Positions 40,932 through 50,878 of a DNA stretch of 64,000 nucleotides are shown piece after piece. How positions within the stretch are numbered: position 1 is the first letter of the stretch; each line of letters opens with the position of its first letter. The stretch is taken from positions 3,392,001 through 3,456,000 of the forward strand of contig OY729428.2 of the NCBI GenBank assembly GCA_963422375.2. Direction: 5' to 3'. The notes below the pieces were generated by a model. It searched no databases, was not told the origin of the DNA, and saw only the letters and a list, made by a program, of their open reading frames with translations. A program made the position numbers and the translations under genes. The DNA comes from Bryobacterales bacterium. Its GTDB lineage: Bacteria > Acidobacteriota > Terriglobia > Bryobacterales > UBA6623.

Positions 40932-41129
40932 GTGGCCAGACGCTGCCCCATCTGCCGCAAGGCGACGGATCCACGCCATAGCTGGTATCCGTTCTGCAGT
41001 CCCCGCTGCCGCACCCAGGATCTCGCCAACTGGGCGACCGGCACCTACTCGATCGCCGCGCCCGCGAGCGAGGCCGACGAGCACCTCGACCCGCAAGGCC
41101 TCTCGGGGGAGAGCGGATCGGATGGCTAG
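40932..41129 (+). CDS. yacG: DNA gyrase inhibitor YacG
   Basis: CPIC...PFCSPRC..DLANWA.G.Y.I motif. Confidence 0.9.
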   Translation: MARRCPICRKATDPRHSWYPFCSPRCRTQDLANWATGTYSIAAPASEADEHLDPQGLSGESGSDG

Positions 41130-41589
41130 GACACGGCTCGCGGTCGCGCTCGCCACTTGGTTCTACTGCGGATACTCGCCCGTTGCGCCCGGCACGGCGG
41201 GCTCGCTCTGCGCCTGGGCCGTTGCCCTGCTCGCCTGGCACCGCTGCGACATCCCGCCGTGGGCGTTCTCGCTGGCGGCCGTCGCGCTCCTGCCGGCCGC
41301 CGTGAAATCGGCCGAGCTCGCGGCGAAGGCCTTCGGCTCCGCGGATCCGTCAAGGGTCGTGATCGACGAGGTGGTCGGCCTGTGGATCGCGATCGCCCCG
41401 GTAGCCCCCGATTCCTGGCCGCAGTGGGCCGCGGCCCTAGCCCTGTTCCGCCTCTTCGACATAGCCAAGCCCCTCGGCCTCCGGCGGCTCGAGGAGTTTC
41501 CCGGAGGGCGCGGCATCGTCGCCGACGACCTGGGCGCGGGCGCGTGCGCTATGATTGGGGTGCTGCTGGTTCGCTGGAGCGGCTACTGA
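41122..41589 (+). CDS. pgpA: Phosphatidylglycerophosphatase A
   Basis: 'APGTAGS', 'DPSRVVIDEVVG', 'LFRLFDIAKP', 'GIVADDL'. Confidence 0.93.
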   Translation: MARTRLAVALATWFYCGYSPVAPGTAGSLCAWAVALLAWHRCDIPPWAFSLAAVALLPAAVKSAELAAKAFGSADPSRVVIDEVVGLWIAIAPVAPDSWPQWAAALALFRLFDIAKPLGLRRLEEFPGGRGIVADDLGAGACAMIGVLLVRWSGY

Positions 41590-41615
41590 GCCGGGCCCGC
41601 TTCGGACCGCCTCGC

Positions 41616-42626
41616 ATGGGCGCCTACCGCAAGTCCAAGATCCGCATCAGCGGCGTCTCCCCCCCAGCTGCAATACCCGGCGGCCGTTTGGTCATTCGCG
41701 GCAGCGGCCTAGGCGCGGACGAGGCGAGCCAGCCGAAGGTCACCTTCGGCACGGCGACCGGGCGCTTGATCCTGAGTGCGCCGGATCGCTTGGTCGTCAC
41801 CGTGCCGGACTCGGCCGGGCACGGCGTCCTGCGGGTGCAGCACGGGGACGCTGCCAGCGAGCACTGCCCTTTCGCCCTCGGGCGCTCGCTAGGGAACGAG
41901 CTGAATCCGGTCGCGAACCCGGCAATCGACTCCGACGGGAACATCTTCACCACCAACAGCGGCCCGCGCGGCAAGAAGACCCCGGTCTCGGTGTACAAGA
42001 TCGCCACCGATGGCGCCGCGGCCAGCGCCTTCCTGTCGGGCATTTACAATCCCACCGGCCTGCTGTTCCAGCGCAACGGCCAGCTGCTCGTTTCGAGCCG
42101 GCACATGGGCACGGTCTACGACGTCTCGCCCAAGGGCGAGGCGGAGGTGTTCGCCGAGGGCATGGGCGTCGCGACCGGCCTCGCGCGCGACTCCGCTGAC
42201 AACGTCTACGTGGGCGACCGCACCGGTACCGTGTTCAAGATCGGCCCGGACCGCAAGATCTACGTCTTCGCCACGCTGGAGCCTTCCGTCGCGGCCTACC
42301 ACCTGGCGGCGGCTGCCGACGGCACCCTCTACGTCACGGCCCCGACCACGTCGAGCTACGACGCCATCTACAAGATCGACCCGGAGGGCGAGGTGGCGGT
42401 CTGGCGCCGGGGCTTCGGGCGCCCCCAGGGCATCGCCTACGACAGCCTCCAGCGCCTCTACGTGTGCGCTTCCTATCGCGGCCAGCGGGGGATCTTCCGC
42501 CTGACGGACGAGGACGTGGAGCAGGTGGTGTCGGGCCAGGGCATCGTAGGGCTGGCGTTCGCTCCCGACGGCAGCATGGCCGTCGCGACCCAGGACAGGA
42601 TCTACCTCATCGCGGACTTCGACTGA
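41616..42626 (+). CDS. IPT/TIG domain + beta-propeller (SMP-30/gluconolactonase/NHL-like) protein
   Basis: N-terminal Ig-like 'ISGVSP...GGRLVIRGSG'; repeats 'NPTGLLF', 'ATGLA.D..DNVYVGDR', 'RPQGIAYD'. Confidence 0.8.
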   Translation: MGAYRKSKIRISGVSPPAAIPGGRLVIRGSGLGADEASQPKVTFGTATGRLILSAPDRLVVTVPDSAGHGVLRVQHGDAASEHCPFALGRSLGNELNPVANPAIDSDGNIFTTNSGPRGKKTPVSVYKIATDGAAASAFLSGIYNPTGLLFQRNGQLLVSSRHMGTVYDVSPKGEAEVFAEGMGVATGLARDSADNVYVGDRTGTVFKIGPDRKIYVFATLEPSVAAYHLAAAADGTLYVTAPTTSSYDAIYKIDPEGEVAVWRRGFGRPQGIAYDSLQRLYVCASYRGQRGIFRLTDEDVEQVVSGQGIVGLAFAPDGSMAVATQDRIYLIADFD

Positions 42627-42679
42627 CCCGCGCAGTCGGACAGGCCCCGGAAGAACCGACTGCCGCCACCCTCGCCAGC

Positions 42680-43942
42680 ATGCAGGCCGAAGTCATCGCG
42701 GTCGGATCGGAGCTGCTCACCCCGGCCAAGATCGACACCAACTCGCTGTACCTCGCGCGCAAGCTGGGCGAGCGGGGCATCCCCCTCGTGCGCAAGTCGG
42801 TCGTCGGGGACGACCGGCAACGCCTCGCCGCCGAGATCGCGCGGGCCCGCGAGAGATCCGGCCTCGTGATTCTCAGCGGCGGCCTGGGCCCGACGCTGGA
42901 CGACCTCACGCGCGAGGCCGCCGCCGACGCGACCGGGCGCGCGCTGGCGCTGCGCGAGTCGATCGTGCGGGACATCGAGGAGCGCTTCCGCCGCTTCGGG
43001 CGCCCCATGGCCGAAGTCAACAAGCGCCAGGCCTACGTTCTCGACGGAGCCGAGATCCTGCCCAACCCCCGCGGCACCGCGCCGGGCCAGTGGCTGGAGG
43101 AGGGCGTCGGAATCCTAGTCTTGCTGCCGGGCCCGCCGCGCGAGCTGGAGCCCTTGTTCGAGGCGTCCTGCCTGCCCCGGCTCGAGGGCCGCGCGCCGGC
43201 GGCGCGCTACTGCACCAGCGTCCTGCGCGTAACCGGCATCGGGGAGTCCGATCTCGAGCAACGCATAGCGCCCATCTATGCCGGCGCGGATGGAATCGAG
43301 ACGACCATCCTGTCGGCGCCGGGCGACGTGCAGGTGCATCTGCGCGCCCGCGCGGAGCGCGAAGAGGAAGCCCGCGCCCTGTCCGAGGAGCTCGGCGAGC
43401 GGGTTCGCTCCGAGCTCGGCGACCTCGTGTACTCGCGCGACGGGACCTCGCTGGATGCGACGGTGGCGCGCCTGCTGCGCGCGCAGGGCCGCAGGCTCGG
43501 CGCGGCCGAGAGCTGCACGGGCGGCCTGCTGGCGGGCCGCCTGACCGACCTGCCCGGCAGCTCCGAATTCTTCGCCGGGGGGTTCGTCGCGTACTGCGAG
43601 GCGGCCAAGAGCGCCTGGCTGGGGGTGGACCCGGCAATCATCGACGCGCACGGGGCGGTCAGCGCGGAGACGGCCGCCGCCATGGCCGAGCGAGCCCGCG
43701 ATCACGCACTGCAGGCGCTGGGCGGTCCCGCCATCGGCGTCTCGACCACCGGTGTTGCGGGCCCCGGCGGGGGAACCGCCGCGGCACCGGTCGGAACGGT
43801 CTACCTAGGGATCGCGGACGAGCGCGGCTCGAGCGCCCGGCGCCGCAGGTTCGGCCGCGGGCGCCGACGGATACGGGCCTTGGCGGTGCAGGGCGCTCTC
43901 GATCTAGTGCGCCGCCGCGTCCTCGGCCTCCCGGGGGCCTGA
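42680..43942 (+). CDS. cinA: Competence/damage-inducible protein A (CinA, with PncC domain)
   Basis: 'IAVGSELL...DTNS', 'GGLGPTLDDLT', 'GTAPG', 'AESCTGG', 'GAVSAE', 'TGVAGPGGG..PVGTV'. Confidence 0.95.
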   Translation: MQAEVIAVGSELLTPAKIDTNSLYLARKLGERGIPLVRKSVVGDDRQRLAAEIARARERSGLVILSGGLGPTLDDLTREAAADATGRALALRESIVRDIEERFRRFGRPMAEVNKRQAYVLDGAEILPNPRGTAPGQWLEEGVGILVLLPGPPRELEPLFEASCLPRLEGRAPAARYCTSVLRVTGIGESDLEQRIAPIYAGADGIETTILSAPGDVQVHLRARAEREEEARALSEELGERVRSELGDLVYSRDGTSLDATVARLLRAQGRRLGAAESCTGGLLAGRLTDLPGSSEFFAGGFVAYCEAAKSAWLGVDPAIIDAHGAVSAETAAAMAERARDHALQALGGPAIGVSTTGVAGPGGGTAAAPVGTVYLGIADERGSSARRRRFGRGRRRIRALAVQGALDLVRRRVLGLPGA

Positions 43943-44449
43943 CAACGACCGCGGCCGCCGCGCCAAGGCCTCCCGCAAGCGGGCCGGCGTCGAGCCCCGG
44001 CAGCAGCGCTTCGGAATGACGTACTGCTGGCCCGGGCCCGGCGACAGGAGAAAGCTGCGGCGCGTCTCGCCGACGTCCCAGAGATCCTCCCACGCGATCC
44101 AGTCGCTCCGGCCCGCGGCGCGGATCTCGACACCGCTCGCGGCCACGCGATACAGCAGCCGTCGCGGCCTGCCGCCCGATTTCCGAAAGTCCTTGCGAGT
44201 CAGCCAACACGCCAGCGCGAGCGCCAAGCAGCCCGGCGCCGCCGCGACCGCGGCCGCCCACGTGACGGCCCCTCCCCAGATCGCGGCCGCCGCGACGGCG
44301 AGCCCGACCGAGGCGCCGTAGACGGCCAGCGCCGCGCGAGCGCGGCGGGCGAACTGCGCGAGGGCGCCGTGCAGCGCGTCGCCGTAGCGCACCTCGGCGA
44401 GAATCTCGAAAGTCTCGGGACCGGGCTGGGGCCAAGCTGGCGTTTCCAT
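43904..44449 (-). CDS. YcxB-like membrane protein
   Basis: Two TM helices then 'IAWEDLWDVGET..FLL.....YVIPKRC', the YcxB C-terminal pattern. Confidence 0.65.
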   Translation of the reverse strand: METPAWPQPGPETFEILAEVRYGDALHGALAQFARRARAALAVYGASVGLAVAAAAIWGGAVTWAAAVAAAPGCLALALACWLTRKDFRKSGGRPRRLLYRVAASGVEIRAAGRSDWIAWEDLWDVGETRRSFLLSPGPGQQYVIPKRCCRGSTPARLREALARRPRSLSGPREAEDAAAH

Positions 44450-44487
44450 CGAATCGGACCGCGGCGGGCTCGGCCCGCTCGCGAGCG

Positions 44488-45294
44488 CTACGGCTCGGGC
44501 GCGACTACCTCGCTGCCGTATTCCACGACGGTGTCAACGATACCGACCTCGACCCGGCGGTTCTTCGCGCGGGCTTCGCGCGACCTGCCGGGCGCGCGCG
44601 GGCTCGACAAGCCGAAGCTCTTGGCGTCGATGATGTCGCCGGGAATCCCGGCCCCGGCCAAATAGTCGCGCACCGCGGCGGCGCGGCGCTCGGAAAGGCC
44701 GCGGTTGTAGGCGGGGTCGCCTTGGTCGTCGGTATGGCCGTACACGAAGACCCGGTACCCGTAGGACGCCAGCAGCACGCCCGCGATGCGGCTCAGGATC
44801 TCGCGGTTCTCGGGTCGCAGGTCCGCCTTGTCGAAGTCGAACAGGAACGAGTCCTCCGTGAGCTGGACCACCATGCCCATCGGAGTCCGGTCGGTTTGCG
44901 CGACGCGCCCCAGCGCCTCTTGCATGCGATCGAGTTCGGCCATGCGCTGCGTTCGCAAGCGCTCTGCCGTGCGGCCTTTCCGGGCCGCCTCCTCCTGGGC
45001 CTGCGCGGCGTCCTGGCGCGATCTCTCGGCTTCCGAGCGGGCGGAGTCGCGATCGAGCAGGGCCTGCTGGAGCGCCTTTCCCGCGAGCCTCTCCCGGCCC
45101 ACGGCGTCGCGCACCTGGCGCAGGAGATCCCGCTCCGCGGCGTGCGACTCGGACAGCGCGGCGCGCGATTGAGACAGAGACTTGTCGAGCGATTCGACGT
45201 GCTTCCACAGCCTCCATGTCGCGAAGCCCACCGCGAGCAGCAGCGGGAGGCAGACGAACAGCGCGATCCGTTCGGTAGGGCGACGGAGGGGCAT
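44488..45294 (-). CDS. OmpA/MotB-family peptidoglycan-binding protein with coiled-coil stalk
   Basis: N-terminal TM, coiled coil, 'LFDFDKADL', 'GHTDDQG...YNRGLSERRA', 'NRRVE'. Confidence 0.9.
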   Translation of the reverse strand: MPLRRPTERIALFVCLPLLLAVGFATWRLWKHVESLDKSLSQSRAALSESHAAERDLLRQVRDAVGRERLAGKALQQALLDRDSARSEAERSRQDAAQAQEEAARKGRTAERLRTQRMAELDRMQEALGRVAQTDRTPMGMVVQLTEDSFLFDFDKADLRPENREILSRIAGVLLASYGYRVFVYGHTDDQGDPAYNRGLSERRAAAVRDYLAGAGIPGDIIDAKSFGLSSPRAPGRSREARAKNRRVEVGIVDTVVEYGSEVVAPEP

Positions 45295-45360
45295 TCCCCG
45301 CTTATTGTCGCAGGCCAAGGCGCGGCCCTGCCCCCGAGGGTTCGGTCAGGCAGGGGCTCG

Positions 45361-45648
45361 CTAGAAGCGGAAGCGGCGCGGATCCTGTTCGGGCATCTCC
45401 TTGCGGAAGGTGTTCAGCAGCACGCGGTGGAACGCGCACAGCTTGCCGTCCGGGGCAGGGTGCCCGCACTTGATGCAGCGGGCCGCCTCGCCCCGGCTGC
45501 CGTCGGCGCCGCGGAGCTGGTTGCCATTCGCGTTGCGCCTAGGCCGGCCGCTCGGCCGGCTCCCGTCGCCCCCGGACCGCGGCCGCCCGTTCGGAGCCGC
45601 CCGCCGGCGGGGCCCGTTGCCCGTCCGCCTGATGGTGTGGTCTTGCAT
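45361..45648 (-). CDS. Small basic protein with CxxC-x9-CxxH putative zinc finger
   Basis: ATG 45648 preceded by GAAGAG; R/G/N-rich N-terminus, then CIKCGHPAPDGKLCAFH. Co-oriented between skp and the OmpA-family gene. Confidence 0.6.
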   Translation of the reverse strand: MQDHTIRRTGNGPRRRAAPNGRPRSGGDGSRPSGRPRRNANGNQLRGADGSRGEAARCIKCGHPAPDGKLCAFHRVLLNTFRKEMPEQDPRRFRF

Positions 45649-45734
45649 GTCTCTTCGTCGGAGCGCTCCGCCAGCAGCCGGCGGGCGCCGGAAATTCGTG
45701 GCCTCGGAGTCCGAGGCCGGCGGGACGGGCTGGC

Positions 45735-46310
45735 CTAGTTGGCGACGCCCGCGCCCTCGGCCGGGTGCGCGGCGTCGTACGCAGTGATGATCGCGTTGGT
45801 GATGTTCACTTCGTTGACCGCGTAGAGCACCGGGCTCTGCGGGTTCGAGATGTCCAGGACGACCTGGTACCCCTGGCCCTTGGAGTAGCTGGTGATGATC
45901 CCCATCATCTTCGTGCCGACGTCGTTGAACAGCTGGCTCTGCTCCTGCGAGAACTCCCCGCGGGCATCCTCCATCGCCCGCTGCAGGTCGACCTCCGCCT
46001 TCTGGATGTCGCGCGCGAGGTTGCGCCGAGCCTGCTCGCTCATGGTGTTGGCGCCCTTCTGGTACTGGTCCTGCATCCGGGCGACCTCGCCCTGCTTCGA
46101 CTCGAGCCGCTGCTGCGTGGGCCGGTACTTCTCCTCCAGCTGCCGTATCAGCCTCTGGCCCTCCGCCGTGCGCGAGATCGCCTCCTGCACGTTGAGGATG
46201 GCTACGCTTGGCACCTGCGCGAAGGCGCCGCCCGCCAGCAGGGTGCAGGCCGCCGCCGAGCGCAAGGCCGCTCCCGCGGGCCCTCGACCGATCCAACGCA
46301 TTGCGATCAT
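45735..46310 (-). CDS. skp: OmpH/Skp periplasmic chaperone
   Basis: Signal peptide, 'VAILNVQEAI', coiled coil, 'GYQVVLD...VLYA...NIT'; directly after bamA. Confidence 0.9.
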   Translation of the reverse strand: MIAMRWIGRGPAGAALRSAAACTLLAGGAFAQVPSVAILNVQEAISRTAEGQRLIRQLEEKYRPTQQRLESKQGEVARMQDQYQKGANTMSEQARRNLARDIQKAEVDLQRAMEDARGEFSQEQSQLFNDVGTKMMGIITSYSKGQGYQVVLDISNPQSPVLYAVNEVNITNAIITAYDAAHPAEGAGVAN

Positions 46311-46409
46311 TCTCGAACCTTCCGTCGCCCCGGGGCCCGGCGCCCCGGACCATTTCCAGCATACCACCCATCCTCGCGACGGGGCCGGGCGCGCCCCCGC
46401 CGCGGCCGC

Positions 46410-49343
46410 CTAGAATGTCCGGCTGATCGTGAAGCGGAACATCGAGCGCCGCTCGAAGAACGGCAGCCACGTCCCGACCGGGCGCACCGCCTCGATGAAC
46501 GAGTTGTAGTTCGGGAACAGCGACCGGTCCGCCACGATCGGCGGCCTGAGGTACTCCTGGACGCGCATCGGGTTGTAGGCCCAGTAGAAGCGGAAGGGCG
46601 CGTTCACGACCGGCATCATCACCTGCAGCTCGAGGCCGGTCGAGCTACGGATCTTCTGCGTGGGGCCGATGACGCCGATTTGCTCCTCGAAGCCCGCCTG
46701 CGGGAATTTCTTGTTCAGCTCCAAGGCGCGGCCGGGGTTCAGGCGTACTTGATTCATGCGCAGGATCTTGTTGAAACCGATATCCCAGAAGGGCGCCAGC
46801 GTGACGGGCCCGAACAGCTTTATACGGTACTCGAAGTTGTAGACGAAGCGCGTGTCGCCGCCGGGGAAGTTGAGCCGGTAGACGGGCACCTCCGTCGAGA
46901 CCGGCACGCGCTCCTCGACGCCGTTCACGATCCGGACCTGCGTGCGCGACGTGCCGTTGTCGTTGAGGACCCGCACGCTGGTGAAGTCGGGAATCCAGAC
47001 CATCGGGCTGATCGACCAGATCTGGAAGCCGCGGACGTCGTTCTCGCCGCCCATGAAGGAGCGGTTGAACGGCGGCGGCACGCGCCCGCCGTAGCCGCTG
47101 AGGAACGAGAACAGCCCGCGCATCGCGATGGTGCGACGGCCGCCGTGCGGCCGGAAGTACTTCGCCTCGACCGTGGGCTGGATGAAGCGAGCGTTGCCGC
47201 CGAAGCCCGCCACCGCCACGCTCGCGTACACGCTCTTGCCCTTCGACGGGGTGATCGGATGGTCCACCGTGTTGTAGAAGTAGCCCGGCGTGATCTGGCT
47301 GGTGGTGATGCCTTGCAGCGAGTTGGGGCCCGACACGCCCTCGAAGTTGAGGTAGGTGAACAGGTTGGTGGCCGACTTGCTGAAGGTGACGATGTTGGAG
47401 CGGCGGAAGCTGTAGGTCAGGCTCAGCCGCGCGAAGCTGCGCCGCAGCGGGTAGCTGAGGAAGGTCGTGAAGCCCGCCGAGGTCTGCCGGTAGTCGAGGA
47501 TGTTCTCCTGGCCGAGCTGGTTGAACAGCGGGATCAGGTTCGCGCCGGCGAAGATCGACGCCTCGCGGGCCTGGTTGAAGCTGAAGCGGCTAGAGAAGAC
47601 GGTGAAGCCCGCCTGGATCGGCTTGTCGAACAGGTACGGCTCGGTGTAGCCGAACTGCAGCACGCGCTCGCGGCTGCCGAGCTGCGCGTCGAAGGACAGC
47701 GTCTCGCCCAGGCCGAGGAAGTTGTTCGTCGCGTAGCCGAAACCGATGAAGCTGCCCGCGAAGCCCGACACGCCGCCGTTGAGGTTGATCATGTTGCGGC
47801 CGCGCTCCTTGACCTTGAGCGTGAGGTCGACCAGCCCGTCGCGCGTGTTGCGCGTGATGACGGTGTCCGTCTCGGGCCCCTCCGTCTTGATCGGGTCGAA
47901 GTAGCCCAACTGGTTCAGGCGCAGCATGCTCACGTCCCACACGCGCGTGTTGAACATGTCCCCCTCGTCGAGCAGAATCTCGCGCCGGATAACCTTGTCG
48001 CGCGTCGTGCTGTTGCCTTCGAACTCGATCCGGCGCACGAAGAACTGCTTGCCCTCGTCCACCGAGAGGTTGAGGTCGATCCTAGGCGGGTCGTCGTCCT
48101 CGCGGAACTCGAAGCTAGGCTCGGCCACGAAGTCGATGTAGCCGAACTCGCCGTAGAGCTTCTTGAGGTTCTCCATGCCCTTGCGCAGCTTCTCCACGTC
48201 GAAGATCGCGCCGTCCTGCATGGCGAACACCGGGCCGAGCACCTGGTCGGGCACGCGGAACAGCTCGACGTCGGTGAAGCTGAGCTTGCCGCGCAGGTAC
48301 TGCGGGCCCTCCTCGACCAGCAGGTCGATGTCGGCGTGCTTCTTGGGCTTGCTGAACAGCATCGACCACGGGATCAGGAACGTGCCGCGGCCGGGCATGT
48401 CGCGGACGTCCAATTCGTGCTGGAGGACATTGGCCTTGAAGTAGCCGCGCTTCTGGTAGGCGTTGCGCAGGCGCTCCTTGTCCTCCTCGAGCTTGCGCAC
48501 GTCGAAGGTGCGCCGGAACAGGCTCTCCAAGACGATGCTGCGCGGGATGCCGAGGGGCTTGGTGTTCTTCATCGCCCGCCGGGCGTTGCGGGGGCTCATC
48601 ACGCTCAGGCCCTCGAATCTGACCTGGCCGACCTTGACCTTGGGGCCCTCGTCGATGTTGAAGACCACCTCCACCGACGCGGGCGGTATCTGGCGCACCT
48701 CGGGATTGACCTCGGCGTACTGCCGCCCTCGCTCGCCCAGCAGCTCGCGCAGCACGTAGGCGGCCCGGTTGACCGTAGTCGGGTCGTAGCGGGACTCGAC
48801 CGTGAGGCCCACGTTGCGCTCCTTGAAGCGCTCCAGGATGTCGGAGAGCGTGGCCGACTTGTTGCCCTCGTAGCGGATCGTGCGCACGACCCGGCGCTCG
48901 GTCACGAGGAAGCGGACGATCTTGCCCTGCTCCCCGTCTTCGACCTCCAGCCGCAGGTCGTCGAAATAGCCGGTGTTCCACAGCACCATGAAGTCCCGGC
49001 GCAGGGTCTGCGGGTCGAACAGGTCGCCGCGCTTGGTGAATATCCGCGCGGCGAGGCTGTCGCGCGGGATCCGCCGCGTGCCGCGGAAGGCGACCTCCTC
49101 GACGATATCCTCGCCGGGGCGGCGCTGGACCTGCTGCTGCTCCTCCTCGACATCCTCGAACGGGGACTGCGGATCCGGAGTCTCGAGCGGGACCTCCTCG
49201 AACGGCGAGACAGGCTGCTGCGCCTGCGCCAACAGGTACGGGCGGGGCGGGGCGGGGCTCTCGTCCGATACCTGCGCCTGCGCGAGGGGTGCGAGCGCGA
49301 CGACGAGGAGCGCGGCGATTAGTGTCGGACGTCTCGAAATCAT
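46410..49343 (-). CDS. bamA: Outer membrane protein assembly factor BamA
   Basis: POTRA repeats ('GNSTTRDKVIRRE', 'RLNQLGYF'), 'NNFLGLGE', 'YTEPYLFD', 'GGENDVRGF', C-terminal F. Confidence 0.96.
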   Translation of the reverse strand: MISRRPTLIAALLVVALAPLAQAQVSDESPAPPRPYLLAQAQQPVSPFEEVPLETPDPQSPFEDVEEEQQQVQRRPGEDIVEEVAFRGTRRIPRDSLAARIFTKRGDLFDPQTLRRDFMVLWNTGYFDDLRLEVEDGEQGKIVRFLVTERRVVRTIRYEGNKSATLSDILERFKERNVGLTVESRYDPTTVNRAAYVLRELLGERGRQYAEVNPEVRQIPPASVEVVFNIDEGPKVKVGQVRFEGLSVMSPRNARRAMKNTKPLGIPRSIVLESLFRRTFDVRKLEEDKERLRNAYQKRGYFKANVLQHELDVRDMPGRGTFLIPWSMLFSKPKKHADIDLLVEEGPQYLRGKLSFTDVELFRVPDQVLGPVFAMQDGAIFDVEKLRKGMENLKKLYGEFGYIDFVAEPSFEFREDDDPPRIDLNLSVDEGKQFFVRRIEFEGNSTTRDKVIRREILLDEGDMFNTRVWDVSMLRLNQLGYFDPIKTEGPETDTVITRNTRDGLVDLTLKVKERGRNMINLNGGVSGFAGSFIGFGYATNNFLGLGETLSFDAQLGSRERVLQFGYTEPYLFDKPIQAGFTVFSSRFSFNQAREASIFAGANLIPLFNQLGQENILDYRQTSAGFTTFLSYPLRRSFARLSLTYSFRRSNIVTFSKSATNLFTYLNFEGVSGPNSLQGITTSQITPGYFYNTVDHPITPSKGKSVYASVAVAGFGGNARFIQPTVEAKYFRPHGGRRTIAMRGLFSFLSGYGGRVPPPFNRSFMGGENDVRGFQIWSISPMVWIPDFTSVRVLNDNGTSRTQVRIVNGVEERVPVSTEVPVYRLNFPGGDTRFVYNFEYRIKLFGPVTLAPFWDIGFNKILRMNQVRLNPGRALELNKKFPQAGFEEQIGVIGPTQKIRSSTGLELQVMMPVVNAPFRFYWAYNPMRVQEYLRPPIVADRSLFPNYNSFIEAVRPVGTWLPFFERRSMFRFTISRTF

Positions 49344-49522
49344 GAACGGGGCTGGCTAGGGAACGGGGCGGCCGGAAGGCTCTTGAGCGGAATACGCATC
49401 CTCTTTAGCGGCGGGTTCAACGGGGGCTTGCCGAGCGGCCGGGCGTTAGCGGGCCCTCCGGGACCAGCCGCCGGGCAGATGCGCCCGGGCCCCGCCCGCG
49501 CCGCTCCGGAGGAATGGCTAGC

Positions 49523-50179
49523 TCACTCGGGGCGCTTGAACTCGATGAGGAAGTCCCCTAAATTCCCATCGTAGCTCAATTCCAGATGCTTGCGCTTGGT
49601 CCGCGCCGGAATCTCGAAATACAGGTAGCCGGATACCGGGCTGTCCTTCGCCGCCAGCGGCAGCTCCAGCTCCCGCAGGCGCGTCAGAACGGGAGTGTCG
49701 GACTCCCGGCGGGCGTCGACGGTCTGGCGCCCCTCGCCCTGCGCGCCGCCGCCCACGACGGCCGGCGGCGCTCCCAGCCGGCGCGGCCGCGTGCCCGTGC
49801 CCGGGGCGCCGCCCCAGACGGGTCCGCCCGCGGGCTCCGCGAAGACGGAGCCGCCCGACGACGTCGGCTTGGTTCCGAGAGCGAGCACGGCGCTGCCCGC
49901 GACGCGGTCCGGAGAGACCGCGGGCGACATGTCGTTCCTGTTGCGGGCCCGCAGCAAGAAGTCGGATCGGTCCAGCTCAATGGCGGAGCCGTACAGGGGG
50001 CGCATCCGCAGCTCCACGAGGATCACGTCGCCTTCGAACCGGTCGCCAGCCAGCCGCTCGATTTCAGCCGCGTCGCGGACGAGACGCGCCTGGAATTCCG
50101 CGTCGCGAACCTCTCGCGAGTACCACTCGGGAAGGCTGGCCGCGACCGCGAGCGCGGCCAGAGCCAGCACGAGCGGCAT
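49523..50179 (-). CDS. Secreted hypothetical protein
   Basis: Signal peptide MPLVLALAALAVAA; host-like codon usage; 'PVSGYLYF' motif. Start may be 50260. Confidence 0.7.
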   Translation of the reverse strand: MPLVLALAALAVAASLPEWYSREVRDAEFQARLVRDAAEIERLAGDRFEGDVILVELRMRPLYGSAIELDRSDFLLRARNRNDMSPAVSPDRVAGSAVLALGTKPTSSGGSVFAEPAGGPVWGGAPGTGTRPRRLGAPPAVVGGGAQGEGRQTVDARRESDTPVLTRLRELELPLAAKDSPVSGYLYFEIPARTKRKHLELSYDGNLGDFLIEFKRPE

Positions 50180-50256
50180 GGTTCGCAGGGTCGGGGCAAG
50201 GTTGCGTCCGGTCGGCCGCGGGCCGGCCGCGCGATCACGCGGGAAGAGGCGGCGCG

Positions 50257-50878
50257 TCATGAAATATCCGATGGTCCCGCAAGCGCATCCTCGATGGCCC
50301 GCGAGAAATGCGACTTCGGGCGGGACCCGACGTGGCGCGAGTGAATGGTGCCGTCCATGCGGACGACGTACGTGGCAGGCAGCCCGATCCGGTCTCCGAA
50401 GAAGGTCTGATTGACGCTCGGCTGCGAGAGCAGGACCGGATCGTTCGGATCGAGTTCCTCGACGTAGGGCAGCACCGCGCCCCAGCCCTCGCGGTCCACG
50501 GAAACCGCCGCGACAGAGAAGCCGGAGTCGCGGTACTCGTGCTGGAACTGCTTGAACCAAGGCATCCCCGTGCGGCAGGGCCCGCGCCACGTCGCCCAGA
50601 AGTTCGGCAGGACAACCTTGCCCGCGGAGTCGCTGCTCGTCCAGACCCTTCCGTCCGCGTCCGGGAGGTCGGAGGGAGGCAGCGCGTCGCCGCGGTCCGG
50701 CACGGCCGATTTCGCGCCGTCCGAGCCCCGAGGTGCGCGAAGGGTCTCGAGCCTCTCCCCGGGGCCGCCCGTCAAGGCGCCCGAGATGGCGAGGCCGGTG
50801 GTGCCGACGCTGATTCCGAGGGCAGTCACGATGTAGGACGATGACTAGGAACTTGATCGCCTTGAGGCGCCCGGCCAT
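50257..50878 (-). pseudogene. TlpA/ResA-family thiol-disulfide oxidoreductase, degenerate
   Basis: 'GKVVLPNFWATWRGPC': first active-site Cys is Arg (CGC at 50584-50586). An apparent frameshift near 50833 separates the N-terminal anchor (MAGRLKAIKFLVIVL) from the rest. Confidence 0.7.
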
